A DNA stretch of 64,000 nt, from NCBI GenBank assembly GCA_038998335.1, contig JAVZHQ010000001.1, forward strand, positions 480,001-544,000, read 5' to 3'. A program made the translations under genes and the position numbers. The notes beneath the pieces are model-generated. The model did not search any database, had not been told where the DNA came from, and was given only the letters and a program-made list of their open reading frames with translations. Every line of letters starts with the position of its first letter. The stretch's first letter is position 1. This DNA comes from Candidatus Aenigmatarchaeota archaeon (lineage in GTDB: Archaea > Aenigmatarchaeota > Aenigmatarchaeia > CG10238-14 > SCSR01). Positions 18,963-27,365 of the stretch are shown here, one piece after another.

Positions 18963-21400
18963 CTTTCCTTAATCTCTGGCCTTACATAGCCGCATTTCTT
19001 GCACTCATACATTTCTATGTTTCTTCCAGAATATGTTTTTTCCATCTTCAAGAAACATCTTGGGCAGATAACTTCTTTTTCTAGCTTAATCTCTTTTTTA
19101 GGTTTGAAAAGTTTTCTAAGGTATAAAATGAGAAGAACTATCGGAACAAAAGCAAGTAAAGCTAAACCAATATAAAGCAAACTTAAACCCTCTTCCTCCT
19201 TTTTTTCTTCTTCACATTCTTGCTCTTCGGTATATTGTAAGCAAGTAAAGTTTGTTTCTTCGCTGCAGGTGTATAAAGTTCTGTTTCTTCTTCCTTCTTT
19301 ACATTCGCTCCATTCGCTTGCTCCAGGACAAATAGGGCATTGAGGCAAGGGTAAAACTACTTTTTCCTCTCCTCCTATAGTAAAAAGAGAAAACCCTGGA
19401 AGCTCTGATTCAAAGTAAAGAAAAGAAGAATCTTCATCTATCTTGTAAGTTGGTAATTTTTCCCAGGAAGTTGTAAGCCTATAAAGGCTTATTGTGCTTG
19501 CATTTATATTTTCAGAGTAAACCCAAGATTTTTCTACCCTAAACCTTGCTATTATTTTTGCTAGATTTTTCTCGTTCAAGTTTTCCCTAGAAAATTCAAG
19601 GTAGTAATAAACCTTTTTATCCAGCCTTATACTTTGATCTATGAGAGACTCAGACAATCTCTGAATTCTGATTATGAAATTGTAAGTTGAAACGTTTGCT
19701 TTTAAAGTCAGGTTATACAAAAGAAAGTTAGAAAAAGTGAAATTTCTTGTTTGATTCTTATCCATACATTTAACAACTAGAGTTGCATTTTTTTCTTCAC
19801 TTAAAGTTATAAAGTCTTGGGAGCATGTTGGTGGAGAAGGAATAGGAGAAGGTTGAGAAGGTTTTACACAATTATTATTTACACAAACATATCCTTCTGG
19901 ACAGCCGCACCTGCTACCACAACATCCTGGTGAACCTGGACAAGAGCAATCATCTAGGCAATTAAAACATGTTTCCCCTGAATCACATTTTCGATTTCCA
20001 CAATAAACTTCTGGAAATGTTGTGAAAGAATAGATTAAAGAGGAATTCCAGTAGTTGTTTGAGTTGTTAGCATGGAAACGAAAAGCAATTTTTGCTCCTA
20101 CTGTTGAGTTAATCACTTTTGTTACGTTAGACCAACACTCTTTATAAGGGTTTGAGCACACATCAGAAGTGAAAGGAACCCAGCTGTCAATTATCCAAGC
20201 ACTTTCTTCTTCACCAAAGCTTATTGTTGGTTCTGGATAAGAGTACTTCCTTATTCTTACAAAATCCCAGTAAGCATCGTAAGAAATTATTCCATCACAA
20301 CTCCACCAACAAGCTCCAGCGTTACTTACTAGTTGGAGCTTAAAAGGTAACTCAAAAATTCCTACGGGATTTCTGGTTGCAAAGTAATTACCTATCATCA
20401 TTAGAGTAACGCTTTCTCCAAGTTTTGTATAAGTAAAATTCTCTATAGCATTAGTGTAGTCTGAAGGATTAGAAGACCCTGAAGCTCCATCTTCCCACCA
20501 ATTAATCGCAACATAATTGTCTCCTTGCAAGTTTATTCCAATTCCCCAGTAATGGCTTTGATTATCTACAAGAATAGGAGCAATTACTGAACCAAATCCT
20601 CTGCAATAATCTAAATTTGAATAATTTGCTAAAACTTCTACTATAAAGTTTGAAGTTTCTATATCACTTGTGGTAAAAGTATAGCCGCATGGCCCTGGAC
20701 ATGATTGATCTAGAACAGGGTCTTGAGACCAGGAATAAACATGCAATTTCCCGTCTCTAACCTCATAATATTTATTGCAATTTTGCGTGGAGTATTCGGT
20801 AACGTTCCACTTGCTTAGATTCAAACTTGTACCAGCAAAATCTTCGAAAAAATCAAAAGTTTCTTCTGGGTTTGAGGCAGAGCTCATTTCAGAATTTCCG
20901 TAGTACAGATAAATTGTCTTTTTACTTGAAGCAGGAATAGAAGGAACTTTTACCCAGATTATTGTTTGTGAAGTATTGCAACCAGACTCTAACCAATAGC
21001 TTAAGAATTTATCATCATCCTTAAACCTTATATCCTCGCAATCGCTTTGCATTTTACCTTGCGAAATTAAAGCTTGAGTATCTAAAACTATTCTTACCTG
21101 ATAATCTGTTAAACCATTAGAGTTTGCAGTATTGTCTATTACTAAAGCTTTCCTGTATAAAAAATTTGGGTCAAAGCTTAAACAATGACTTCCGTTCCAT
21201 GTGCCGTTGCAAAATTGAAAAACAAAACCTGATAAACCAGAATCATCAAGCCATTTAAGACTAAACAAGGTAGGTTTTCCCGCTACTGTTGAGTTTGTTG
21301 AATTACAACAATATTGAGGATAAGACTCGGGAGAAGCATAAGACTTGATAAAGAAAAATAAGATAAGAGTTAAAGTAACGAGCAGCATCAACACTTTCAT
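18941..21400 (-). CDS. Secreted membrane-anchored surface protein: DUF2341 + Cys-rich + PGF-pre-PGF domain + TM + cytoplasmic Zn ribbon
   Basis: Signal peptide, DIRF...LSYWLE...IWVKVPSIP...IYLYYGN (DUF2341), F.VEKSW...LPT......YFESELPGFSLFTI (PGF-pre-PGF), TM, CPRC...CKKCGY. Confidence 0.82.
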   Translation of the reverse strand: MKVLMLLVTLTLILFFFIKSYASPESYPQYCCNSTNSTVAGKPTLFSLKWLDDSGLSGFVFQFCNGTWNGSHCLSFDPNFLYRKALVIDNTANSNGLTDYQVRIVLDTQALISQGKMQSDCEDIRFKDDDKFLSYWLESGCNTSQTIIWVKVPSIPASSKKTIYLYYGNSEMSSASNPEETFDFFEDFAGTSLNLSKWNVTEYSTQNCNKYYEVRDGKLHVYSWSQDPVLDQSCPGPCGYTFTTSDIETSNFIVEVLANYSNLDYCRGFGSVIAPILVDNQSHYWGIGINLQGDNYVAINWWEDGASGSSNPSDYTNAIENFTYTKLGESVTLMMIGNYFATRNPVGIFELPFKLQLVSNAGACWWSCDGIISYDAYWDFVRIRKYSYPEPTISFGEEESAWIIDSWVPFTSDVCSNPYKECWSNVTKVINSTVGAKIAFRFHANNSNNYWNSSLIYSFTTFPEVYCGNRKCDSGETCFNCLDDCSCPGSPGCCGSRCGCPEGYVCVNNNCVKPSQPSPIPSPPTCSQDFITLSEEKNATLVVKCMDKNQTRNFTFSNFLLYNLTLKANVSTYNFIIRIQRLSESLIDQSIRLDKKVYYYLEFSRENLNEKNLAKIIARFRVEKSWVYSENINASTISLYRLTTSWEKLPTYKIDEDSSFLYFESELPGFSLFTIGGEEKVVLPLPQCPICPGASEWSECKEGRRNRTLYTCSEETNFTCLQYTEEQECEEEKKEEEGLSLLYIGLALLAFVPIVLLILYLRKLFKPKKEIKLEKEVICPRCFLKMEKTYSGRNIEMYECKKCGYVRPEIKESYFEEET

Positions 21401-21439
21401 GAATATTAATTGTTGTTTATTTGATTATTATTTTTTAGC

Positions 21440-21973
21440 TCAAAATATCCAAGAATACAAACTTCTTTGCTTTTCTGTTGCATACTCAGAAAATATTTCT
21501 GAGAAATCGTAGCTTGATTTTAAGTAATTTTTATTTTGTGAGTACTCCTTAAGCAAACTTTCCAGTTTTACCTTTAAATCATTTAATTCCTTGTATCTAA
21601 AAAATTTTTTTATAGCAGGGTTTCCTATTATTGTAACACTTACGTTAGCATCTTCTTTTGCTATGGCGATTACGTCAATATCGTATTCGTCACAAATTCT
21701 TAGTTCTGCACCAACACCAAAAGAAGGGTTTGTTAGTTCTGCTATAACCAAATCACAACTTTTAACCTTTTCTAAATCAAAGTTGTAAAGGTTCTTTACT
21801 ATTTCTTCTGCTTCTAGAAAAATTTTTTTCATCTCTTTTCTTGTGTCTCTGTGAGGAAGCCAAACCTCAAAACCTAGAGATTCACAAACTTCTGCAATAA
21901 TTTCATAAATTTTTTGATTCTCTGGCTTACTTTGGTCAAGTCTTCCTGCAACAAAAACTTTAACTCTTTCCAT
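21440..21973 (-). CDS. Nucleoside 2-deoxyribosyltransferase / nucleotide N-hydrolase family protein
   Basis: VFVAG, VWLPHRD, D...VKSCDLVIAELTNPSFGVGAEL. Probable start ATG 21973. Confidence 0.82.
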   Translation of the reverse strand: MERVKVFVAGRLDQSKPENQKIYEIIAEVCESLGFEVWLPHRDTRKEMKKIFLEAEEIVKNLYNFDLEKVKSCDLVIAELTNPSFGVGAELRICDEYDIDVIAIAKEDANVSVTIIGNPAIKKFFRYKELNDLKVKLESLLKEYSQNKNYLKSSYDFSEIFSEYATEKQRSLYSWIF

Positions 21974-22163
21974 AAAAAAGTGATTAAAATTAAAGCTTAA
22001 ATATAATTTTATTTTCTTTGAAAGCATCAAGATATCGAAAAACGATTTGATAGCAAATAAAATTTTTAGCTTATTTAAACTTTAAGAGAAAAAAGCAAGT
22101 TTATCCTCTTAAAATCTCAAGACTTATTTAAAAATTATTATTCGCTCTAACAACAATATAATT

Positions 22164-24674
22164 GTGAAATGGTGGACTAAAACAAGTGAAGATGTGATAA
22201 AAACTTTGAACACATCCCCCGAAGGCCTCAGCGAAGAAGTGGCAAAGGAAAGGCTAACAACCTATGGCCCAAACGATATTCCAAAGAGGATGGAAAAGTC
22301 AGCATTCAGCTTGTTTATTTCACAGTTTAAAGACCCCCTTCTACTAATGCTTTTAGCAGCAGCGATAATAGCTTACTTTACAGAAAGTGTTACAGAAACG
22401 GTCATCATAGTTTGTATACTTTTAGTGGATTCTTTGCTTGGCTTTTTTCAAGAATACAAATCTGAAATGGCACTTCGAAAACTTTGTAAATACGTAAGAT
22501 ATTGGACCAAAGTTTTAAGGAACGGGAACTTGTTGGAAATTGACACTCGAAACCTTGTGCCTGGAGACATAGTTTTGATTGAAAGTGGAGATAGAATTCC
22601 TGCTGACTTGCGCCTGATAGAGGCAGATGATTTGGAAATAGACGAATCCTTAGTTACAGGCGAAGCTTATCCAGTTCCTAAAGACACTGCTCCCATAATC
22701 GAAGAAAAAATTGAACCGCAAAGGATGAAAAACATGGCTTTCATGGGAACCTTGGTAACAAACGGAAAAGGAAAAGGTGTGGTAGTTTCTACAGGAATGG
22801 AAAGTACCTTTGGAAAGATTGCAGGCTACTTGAAATCTGAAGAGCCCGTAACAAGCTACCACAAAAACATAAGAAAGTTAAGTAAGTTCCTGATGGGAAT
22901 TGTAATAACTGGAGTAATTTTTATATTCATCTTTAATTCGATTACAGGAAAGAAAATTCTTGATTCATTTTTGTTTTCCTTAGCCTTAGCAGTTGGTATA
23001 GTTCCGGAAGCACTACCAATAGTCATAACCATAAGTCTGTCAAAAGGAGCAATTAAAATGACTAAAGTTGGAGTAATAACTAAAAAGCTTGCAGCGATCG
23101 AAGATTTGGGCAACATGGATGTTTTATGCATAGACAAAACTGGCACGCTAACTCAAAACAAAATAAAGCTGGTAGATTATCTTGATTTGGATGGAAAAAG
23201 AGATGTAGAGCTTGTGATTCTTGCATCTACAGCTTTGTCGGTGATAGAGAAAAAAGGAAAGTTCGTAGGGAATTCTATAGATATTGCGATAGGTGAATTT
23301 GCTAAAACTCTGCCGAACAAAAAATATGAAGTTGTGGATACCATACCTTTTGACTTCATGAGAAAGAGGACAAGTAGTGTTATTAAACAAGGAAAAAAGT
23401 ATTTGTTGATATGTAAAGGAGCTCCAGAGAACATAATTGCTGTCTGCACAAAGATGAAAAAGTCCGGTAGAGTTTCTAAATTGGAAAAAGATACGATTGA
23501 AAAAATGCTGGAAGAACTTTTCAAAAAAGGTTATAGGGTAATTGCAGTTGCTAAAAAAATAGTAGAGAAGAAAGACAATTATACAAAAGAGGACGAAAAA
23601 GATTTGGTTTTACTTGGTTTCTTATGCTTCACAGATCCTCCAAAAGCTGGAATTAAACAAACTATAGCTGAACTTAAAAAATTGGGAGTAGAGTTAAAAG
23701 TGCTGACGGGAGATAATGCTATAATCGCGAAAGATGTTATGAAAGAAGTTGGAATTGAAGTTAAAGGAGTTTTAAGTGGGATTGAAATCGATTCCCTGAA
23801 GGACGAAAGTCTTTGCGAAGCTGTAGAGAAAAACAATTTGTTCGTGAAGCTTACTCCAGAACAAAAAGTAAGGATAGTTCAAGCTTTGAAGAAAAATGGC
23901 CATACTGTTGGCTTTTTGGGAGATGGTGCAAATGATGCTCCAGCTTTAAGACATGCAGACGTTGGGATCTCGGTCGAAAATGGGGTTGATGTCGCTAAAG
24001 AAGCTTCTGATATAATTTTGACGAGGAAAAGTTTGAAAGTTATTTTGGATGGTATTGTGGAAGGAAGGAGAACTTTTGGCAATACAACAAAATACATACT
24101 CAACACGCTATCAGCAAATTTAGGAAACATGACAAGCTTAGCCATAGTTTCACCTTTCCTAAATTTCCTACCAATGCTACCATCCCAAATCTTGCTGACG
24201 AACTTGATAAGCGATGGACCATTGCTTTCAATTTCCACTGATGCTATTGATGAAGAAGAATTAAAAATGCCAAAACATTGGGACCTTAGTTTCATAATAA
24301 AATTCTGTGCTTTGTTTGGTTTCATTAGCTCCATTTTCGATTTCATCACGATGGGCATACTTCTCTGGTTTGGAAAAAGCGTCGAAATATTTAGAACAGG
24401 CTGGTTCCTGGAATCTGTGTTATCTGAAATATTTGTAACCTTTGCTATAAGAACAAAGAAAAGGTTTTACAAGAGCAAGCCAAGTGATGTTCTGCTTTTA
24501 GCGTCGATAATTTTCGGTTTATTAGCTTTTGTAATAATTTATTCTCCTCTAGGAGCATTTTTTGAGTTTGTTCAACTAGATATAACTTTTGTATTACTTA
24601 TAGGTTTGATTTTGCTAGCCTACTTTGCTCTAGCAGAAGTCAGTAAGTATATTATCTACAGGAAGTTTTTCTGA
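22164..24674 (+). CDS. mgtA: Magnesium-translocating P-type ATPase
   Basis: VPEALP, DKTGTLT, PFDFMRKR, KGAPE, TGDN, GDGANDAPAL, FRTGWFLES. The actuator motif is TGEA rather than TGES. Confidence 0.88.
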   Translation: MKWWTKTSEDVIKTLNTSPEGLSEEVAKERLTTYGPNDIPKRMEKSAFSLFISQFKDPLLLMLLAAAIIAYFTESVTETVIIVCILLVDSLLGFFQEYKSEMALRKLCKYVRYWTKVLRNGNLLEIDTRNLVPGDIVLIESGDRIPADLRLIEADDLEIDESLVTGEAYPVPKDTAPIIEEKIEPQRMKNMAFMGTLVTNGKGKGVVVSTGMESTFGKIAGYLKSEEPVTSYHKNIRKLSKFLMGIVITGVIFIFIFNSITGKKILDSFLFSLALAVGIVPEALPIVITISLSKGAIKMTKVGVITKKLAAIEDLGNMDVLCIDKTGTLTQNKIKLVDYLDLDGKRDVELVILASTALSVIEKKGKFVGNSIDIAIGEFAKTLPNKKYEVVDTIPFDFMRKRTSSVIKQGKKYLLICKGAPENIIAVCTKMKKSGRVSKLEKDTIEKMLEELFKKGYRVIAVAKKIVEKKDNYTKEDEKDLVLLGFLCFTDPPKAGIKQTIAELKKLGVELKVLTGDNAIIAKDVMKEVGIEVKGVLSGIEIDSLKDESLCEAVEKNNLFVKLTPEQKVRIVQALKKNGHTVGFLGDGANDAPALRHADVGISVENGVDVAKEASDIILTRKSLKVILDGIVEGRRTFGNTTKYILNTLSANLGNMTSLAIVSPFLNFLPMLPSQILLTNLISDGPLLSISTDAIDEEELKMPKHWDLSFIIKFCALFGFISSIFDFITMGILLWFGKSVEIFRTGWFLESVLSEIFVTFAIRTKKRFYKSKPSDVLLLASIIFGLLAFVIIYSPLGAFFEFVQLDITFVLLIGLILLAYFALAEVSKYIIYRKFF

Positions 24675-24695
24675 GTTTTTATCATTTAGCAAGAA

Positions 24696-24833
24696 CGCCG
24701 GGGCTGGGATTTGAACCCAGAAGGGGCAAAGCCCCAGTAGGTTTCTCAGAATTCAAGTATCATCATTATTCAGATACCTCAGAGTTCCTCATTCACTCGA
24801 GCCTACCGCGTTACCTTGTTCCGCCACCCCGGC
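24696..24833 (-). tRNA. tRNA-Ser(CGA) with a 53-nt intron at the canonical 37/38 position (intron 24743-24795)
   Basis: Acceptor stem GCCGGGG/CCCCGGC with discriminator G, anticodon stem GTAGG/CCTAC with CT-CGA-G, long variable arm GGGGC-TTT-GCCCC, T arm CTGGG-TTCAAAT-CCCAG, and a bulge-helix-bulge at the junctions. No encoded CCA. Confidence 0.95.
24743..24795 (-). ncRNA. Putative intron-encoded box C/D guide sRNA
   Basis: Intron reads TGA-ATGAGGA(C)-ACTCTGAGGTAT-CTGA(D')-ATA-ATGATGA(C')-TACTTGAATT-CTGA(D)-GAA. Confidence 0.75.
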
Positions 24834-24858
24834 TCTAATTAAAATTACTTTACTTAAC

Positions 24859-25254
24859 TTAAAAATTGTATTCTACTAATTCTCTTAAATCTTTTTCTCC
24901 AAAGTAAACCAAATGACTTTTACAATTGCAATCAGAAGAGCCAAATTTTTTAACTAAAACTTTTGCTCCAGGCAAACTTGAAACTATTTTGTTTAGCCTG
25001 CACTCAATTCTTTTTTTGCTTTGAAACCCAACCAAATGAACAATTTTAGCACTTTTGCTAGCTAACAAGTAATCTATATGCCAAAACTTTTTCTTTTTCT
25101 TCCTTTTATGTCTTTCCACTCTAGCTTCCAGATTTTTAAGAGCAGAACCAGAATAAACATAAAAACCTTTTTTGAAATTAAAACTTCCAAGCTTCCCAAC
25201 TTTAATTCTTTCATCTTTTTCAAGTTTTATAAAGAGCAAATAAGCTCCTTTCAT
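24859..25254 (-). CDS. GIY-YIG nuclease family protein (DUF123/Uri-like)
   Basis: KGAYLL, YVYSGSA, RVERH, WHIDYLL, FGSSDCNCKSHL. Confidence 0.9.
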   Translation of the reverse strand: MKGAYLLFIKLEKDERIKVGKLGSFNFKKGFYVYSGSALKNLEARVERHKRKKKKKFWHIDYLLASKSAKIVHLVGFQSKKRIECRLNKIVSSLPGAKVLVKKFGSSDCNCKSHLVYFGEKDLRELVEYNF

Positions 25255-25308
25255 AAAAAAATTAAGTTAAGAAAAGAATTTAACTTTTTAAAATTAAATG
25301 AAAATAGA

Positions 25309-25977
25309 ATGAAAGAGGAAATTGATTTTAAAAATGCGTATAAGGCTTTAGCTTATTCCCTCGATAAAAGTTACTCATTTTTAAGTGAGGTTTCGCTTAA
25401 AAGTAGTTTAACAATTGCAAACAAAAAAGACACAAAAATACAAAGAGCTTTCTTAGAATTTGCTAAATCTTTTTTTCAAAATTTACATAAAAATTTTTAT
25501 CAATATGGAGAGAGAACTCCTAAAGAGAGTAGATTAAGTTGTGCTCAATTTTATAAAAATGTAGATATTCTAGAAAAATATGGTTTGCCTCCAAATATAA
25601 GCGGGCGCTGGAAGCTGTCGTATGATTGTATTGGAATGTTTGTTAAAAATGCTTCTACATTTATCCATGAAATTCGTAAAGAACCGTCAGAGAGAATTAA
25701 AGATATATACTATTGTTCCTCTGCTATGAGAGACTTGAACTTAAAAGTTCGCTTGGATGTAGATAGAATGGGTAGACATAAACTAATAGAAAATAAACCT
25801 CTTTCACAATTTACTTCTTCTCTTTCATCCAACGATTTTTACATTTTAATTTATGACACAATTAAAGTTCTTTTAGACCACCAATTTGTAATTCCAAAAG
25901 GTTACGAGCATTACGAAAAAGTTTTTGGTAAAGATGTAGTAAAATTAGTTAAAGAAATTCTCGCTTTTGGTTTTTAA
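25309..25977 (+). CDS. Hypothetical protein
   Basis: Likely start ATG 25309 (MKEEIDF). The upstream extension of the track ORF overlaps the GIY-YIG gene antisense. Confidence 0.6.
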   Translation: MKEEIDFKNAYKALAYSLDKSYSFLSEVSLKSSLTIANKKDTKIQRAFLEFAKSFFQNLHKNFYQYGERTPKESRLSCAQFYKNVDILEKYGLPPNISGRWKLSYDCIGMFVKNASTFIHEIRKEPSERIKDIYYCSSAMRDLNLKVRLDVDRMGRHKLIENKPLSQFTSSLSSNDFYILIYDTIKVLLDHQFVIPKGYEHYEKVFGKDVVKLVKEILAFGF

Positions 25978-26038
25978 ATTTCTATTAAAACTTAAGTTTT
26001 CAACAAAAGAATTATTTATTTAACACTTAAAACTATTT

Positions 26039-26449
26039 ATGAAAGTTTTCCAAGAAGAGTTTGAGGTTAAAAGTTCAAGAAGAAGGGAAGTAATTGATAT
26101 AACAGAAGAAATTGAAAGAATAGTTGAAAAAAGCAAAATAAAAAATGGTTTATGCCTAATTTTTCTTCCTCATGCAACTTCTGCCATAATTTTTGAAGAA
26201 GACGAAGCTGGTTTAATAGAAGATATAGAAAAATTTTTAGAGAAAAATTTCCCGAGAGGAGCAGGCTATAAGCATGATTTAATAGATGATAATGCTGACG
26301 CTCATTTGGCTAGTGGTTTTGTAGGACAATCGAGAATTTATCCTATAGAAAATGGAAGAATAGTAAGAGGGACTTGGCAACATGCTCTTTTAATTGAACT
26401 AGATGGCCCAAGAAGAAGAAGCGTGCATATAACAATAATTGGAGATTAA
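26039..26449 (+). CDS. yjbQ: YjbQ/UPF0047 family protein
   Basis: IDIT, PHATSA, YKHD..DDNADAHL, GTWQ....ELDGPR. Confidence 0.92.
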   Translation: MKVFQEEFEVKSSRRREVIDITEEIERIVEKSKIKNGLCLIFLPHATSAIIFEEDEAGLIEDIEKFLEKNFPRGAGYKHDLIDDNADAHLASGFVGQSRIYPIENGRIVRGTWQHALLIELDGPRRRSVHITIIGD

Positions 26450-27324
26450 TTTTTGAACAAATTAGCAATCAAATCAGCTAGAGAAATCTTGCTGAACTTT
26501 GTTTCTACGCTATCAGTAGAAATTATTTCTTTTATTCCAGCTTTTAAAATCTGTTTTTCGCTTTTTCTGTCTATTAAAGCATGAGTAACTACAGCATAAA
26601 TTTCATCTATGCAATTTCTCAATTCTTTAGCTACTGGTATTAAAGTGCTTCCTCCTGAAGCTAAATCATCAACTATAACAGCACGTTTTTCTCTTTTAAT
26701 ATTCTTTAGATTTTTCAAAGAAGTTTCGTCGAAAAACACTCTTCCATTTTTGTCTCTTCTTTTCTCTAAAGTAACATAACTAGAATCTAAAACTTTTGCT
26801 ATAGTTATTGCTTTTCTTTCAGCGTTTTTGTCTGGTGCTACTATTAAAGAATTGCTTAAACCTCTTTTCTTCAAATAGTTTGCTATAACATTGCTTGGGT
26901 CTAAACTACCTTTGTAAAAGGAATACTTTTGTAAAACAATTTCAGAGTGAGGGTCTACTGTATACAACTCTTTTATTCCAGAACTAGATAAAATTTTTAG
27001 AGCAACTTCAGCATTCCTGCTTTCATTTTTTAGTGGTTTATCCTGCCTTTGGAAAGCAAGATAAGGGATAACAGCTTTAATACAAGAAACCTCATTATTT
27101 AACAAAAGATCTGTTACAAAGCAAGTACGAACTATTGAACCAAATTGGTCTGGATAAAAGCTTTGAATGTAAACTATTTCTTCGTTCCTTAAATTTTTGT
27201 TCAATACATATTTCCCTTCACCATCTTTAAAAGGAATGTAAGGAATGCTAACACATTCTATTCCTAACTTTTGAGCAACTTTTGGGGCCAACTTTCTTGA
27301 AGTTAAAGTAACTACTTTCATCAA
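26446..27324 (-). CDS. prs: Ribose-phosphate pyrophosphokinase
   Basis: FKDGE, IPYLAFQRQDK, VDPHS, VAPDKNA, IVDDLASGGSTL, VTHAL, STDSV. Confidence 0.9.
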   Translation of the reverse strand: MMKVVTLTSRKLAPKVAQKLGIECVSIPYIPFKDGEGKYVLNKNLRNEEIVYIQSFYPDQFGSIVRTCFVTDLLLNNEVSCIKAVIPYLAFQRQDKPLKNESRNAEVALKILSSSGIKELYTVDPHSEIVLQKYSFYKGSLDPSNVIANYLKKRGLSNSLIVAPDKNAERKAITIAKVLDSSYVTLEKRRDKNGRVFFDETSLKNLKNIKREKRAVIVDDLASGGSTLIPVAKELRNCIDEIYAVVTHALIDRKSEKQILKAGIKEIISTDSVETKFSKISLADLIANLFKN

Positions 27325-27365
27325 TTTTTCTTATAAAAATTAATTTTAAATATTCTAAACTAAAA

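Noticed and set aside
22030-24700. Integrated element at the 3' end of tRNA-Ser carrying mgtA
   Set aside because: mgtA codon style looks somewhat different and it abuts the tRNA, but I found no integrase and no duplicated tRNA 3' end (att site).
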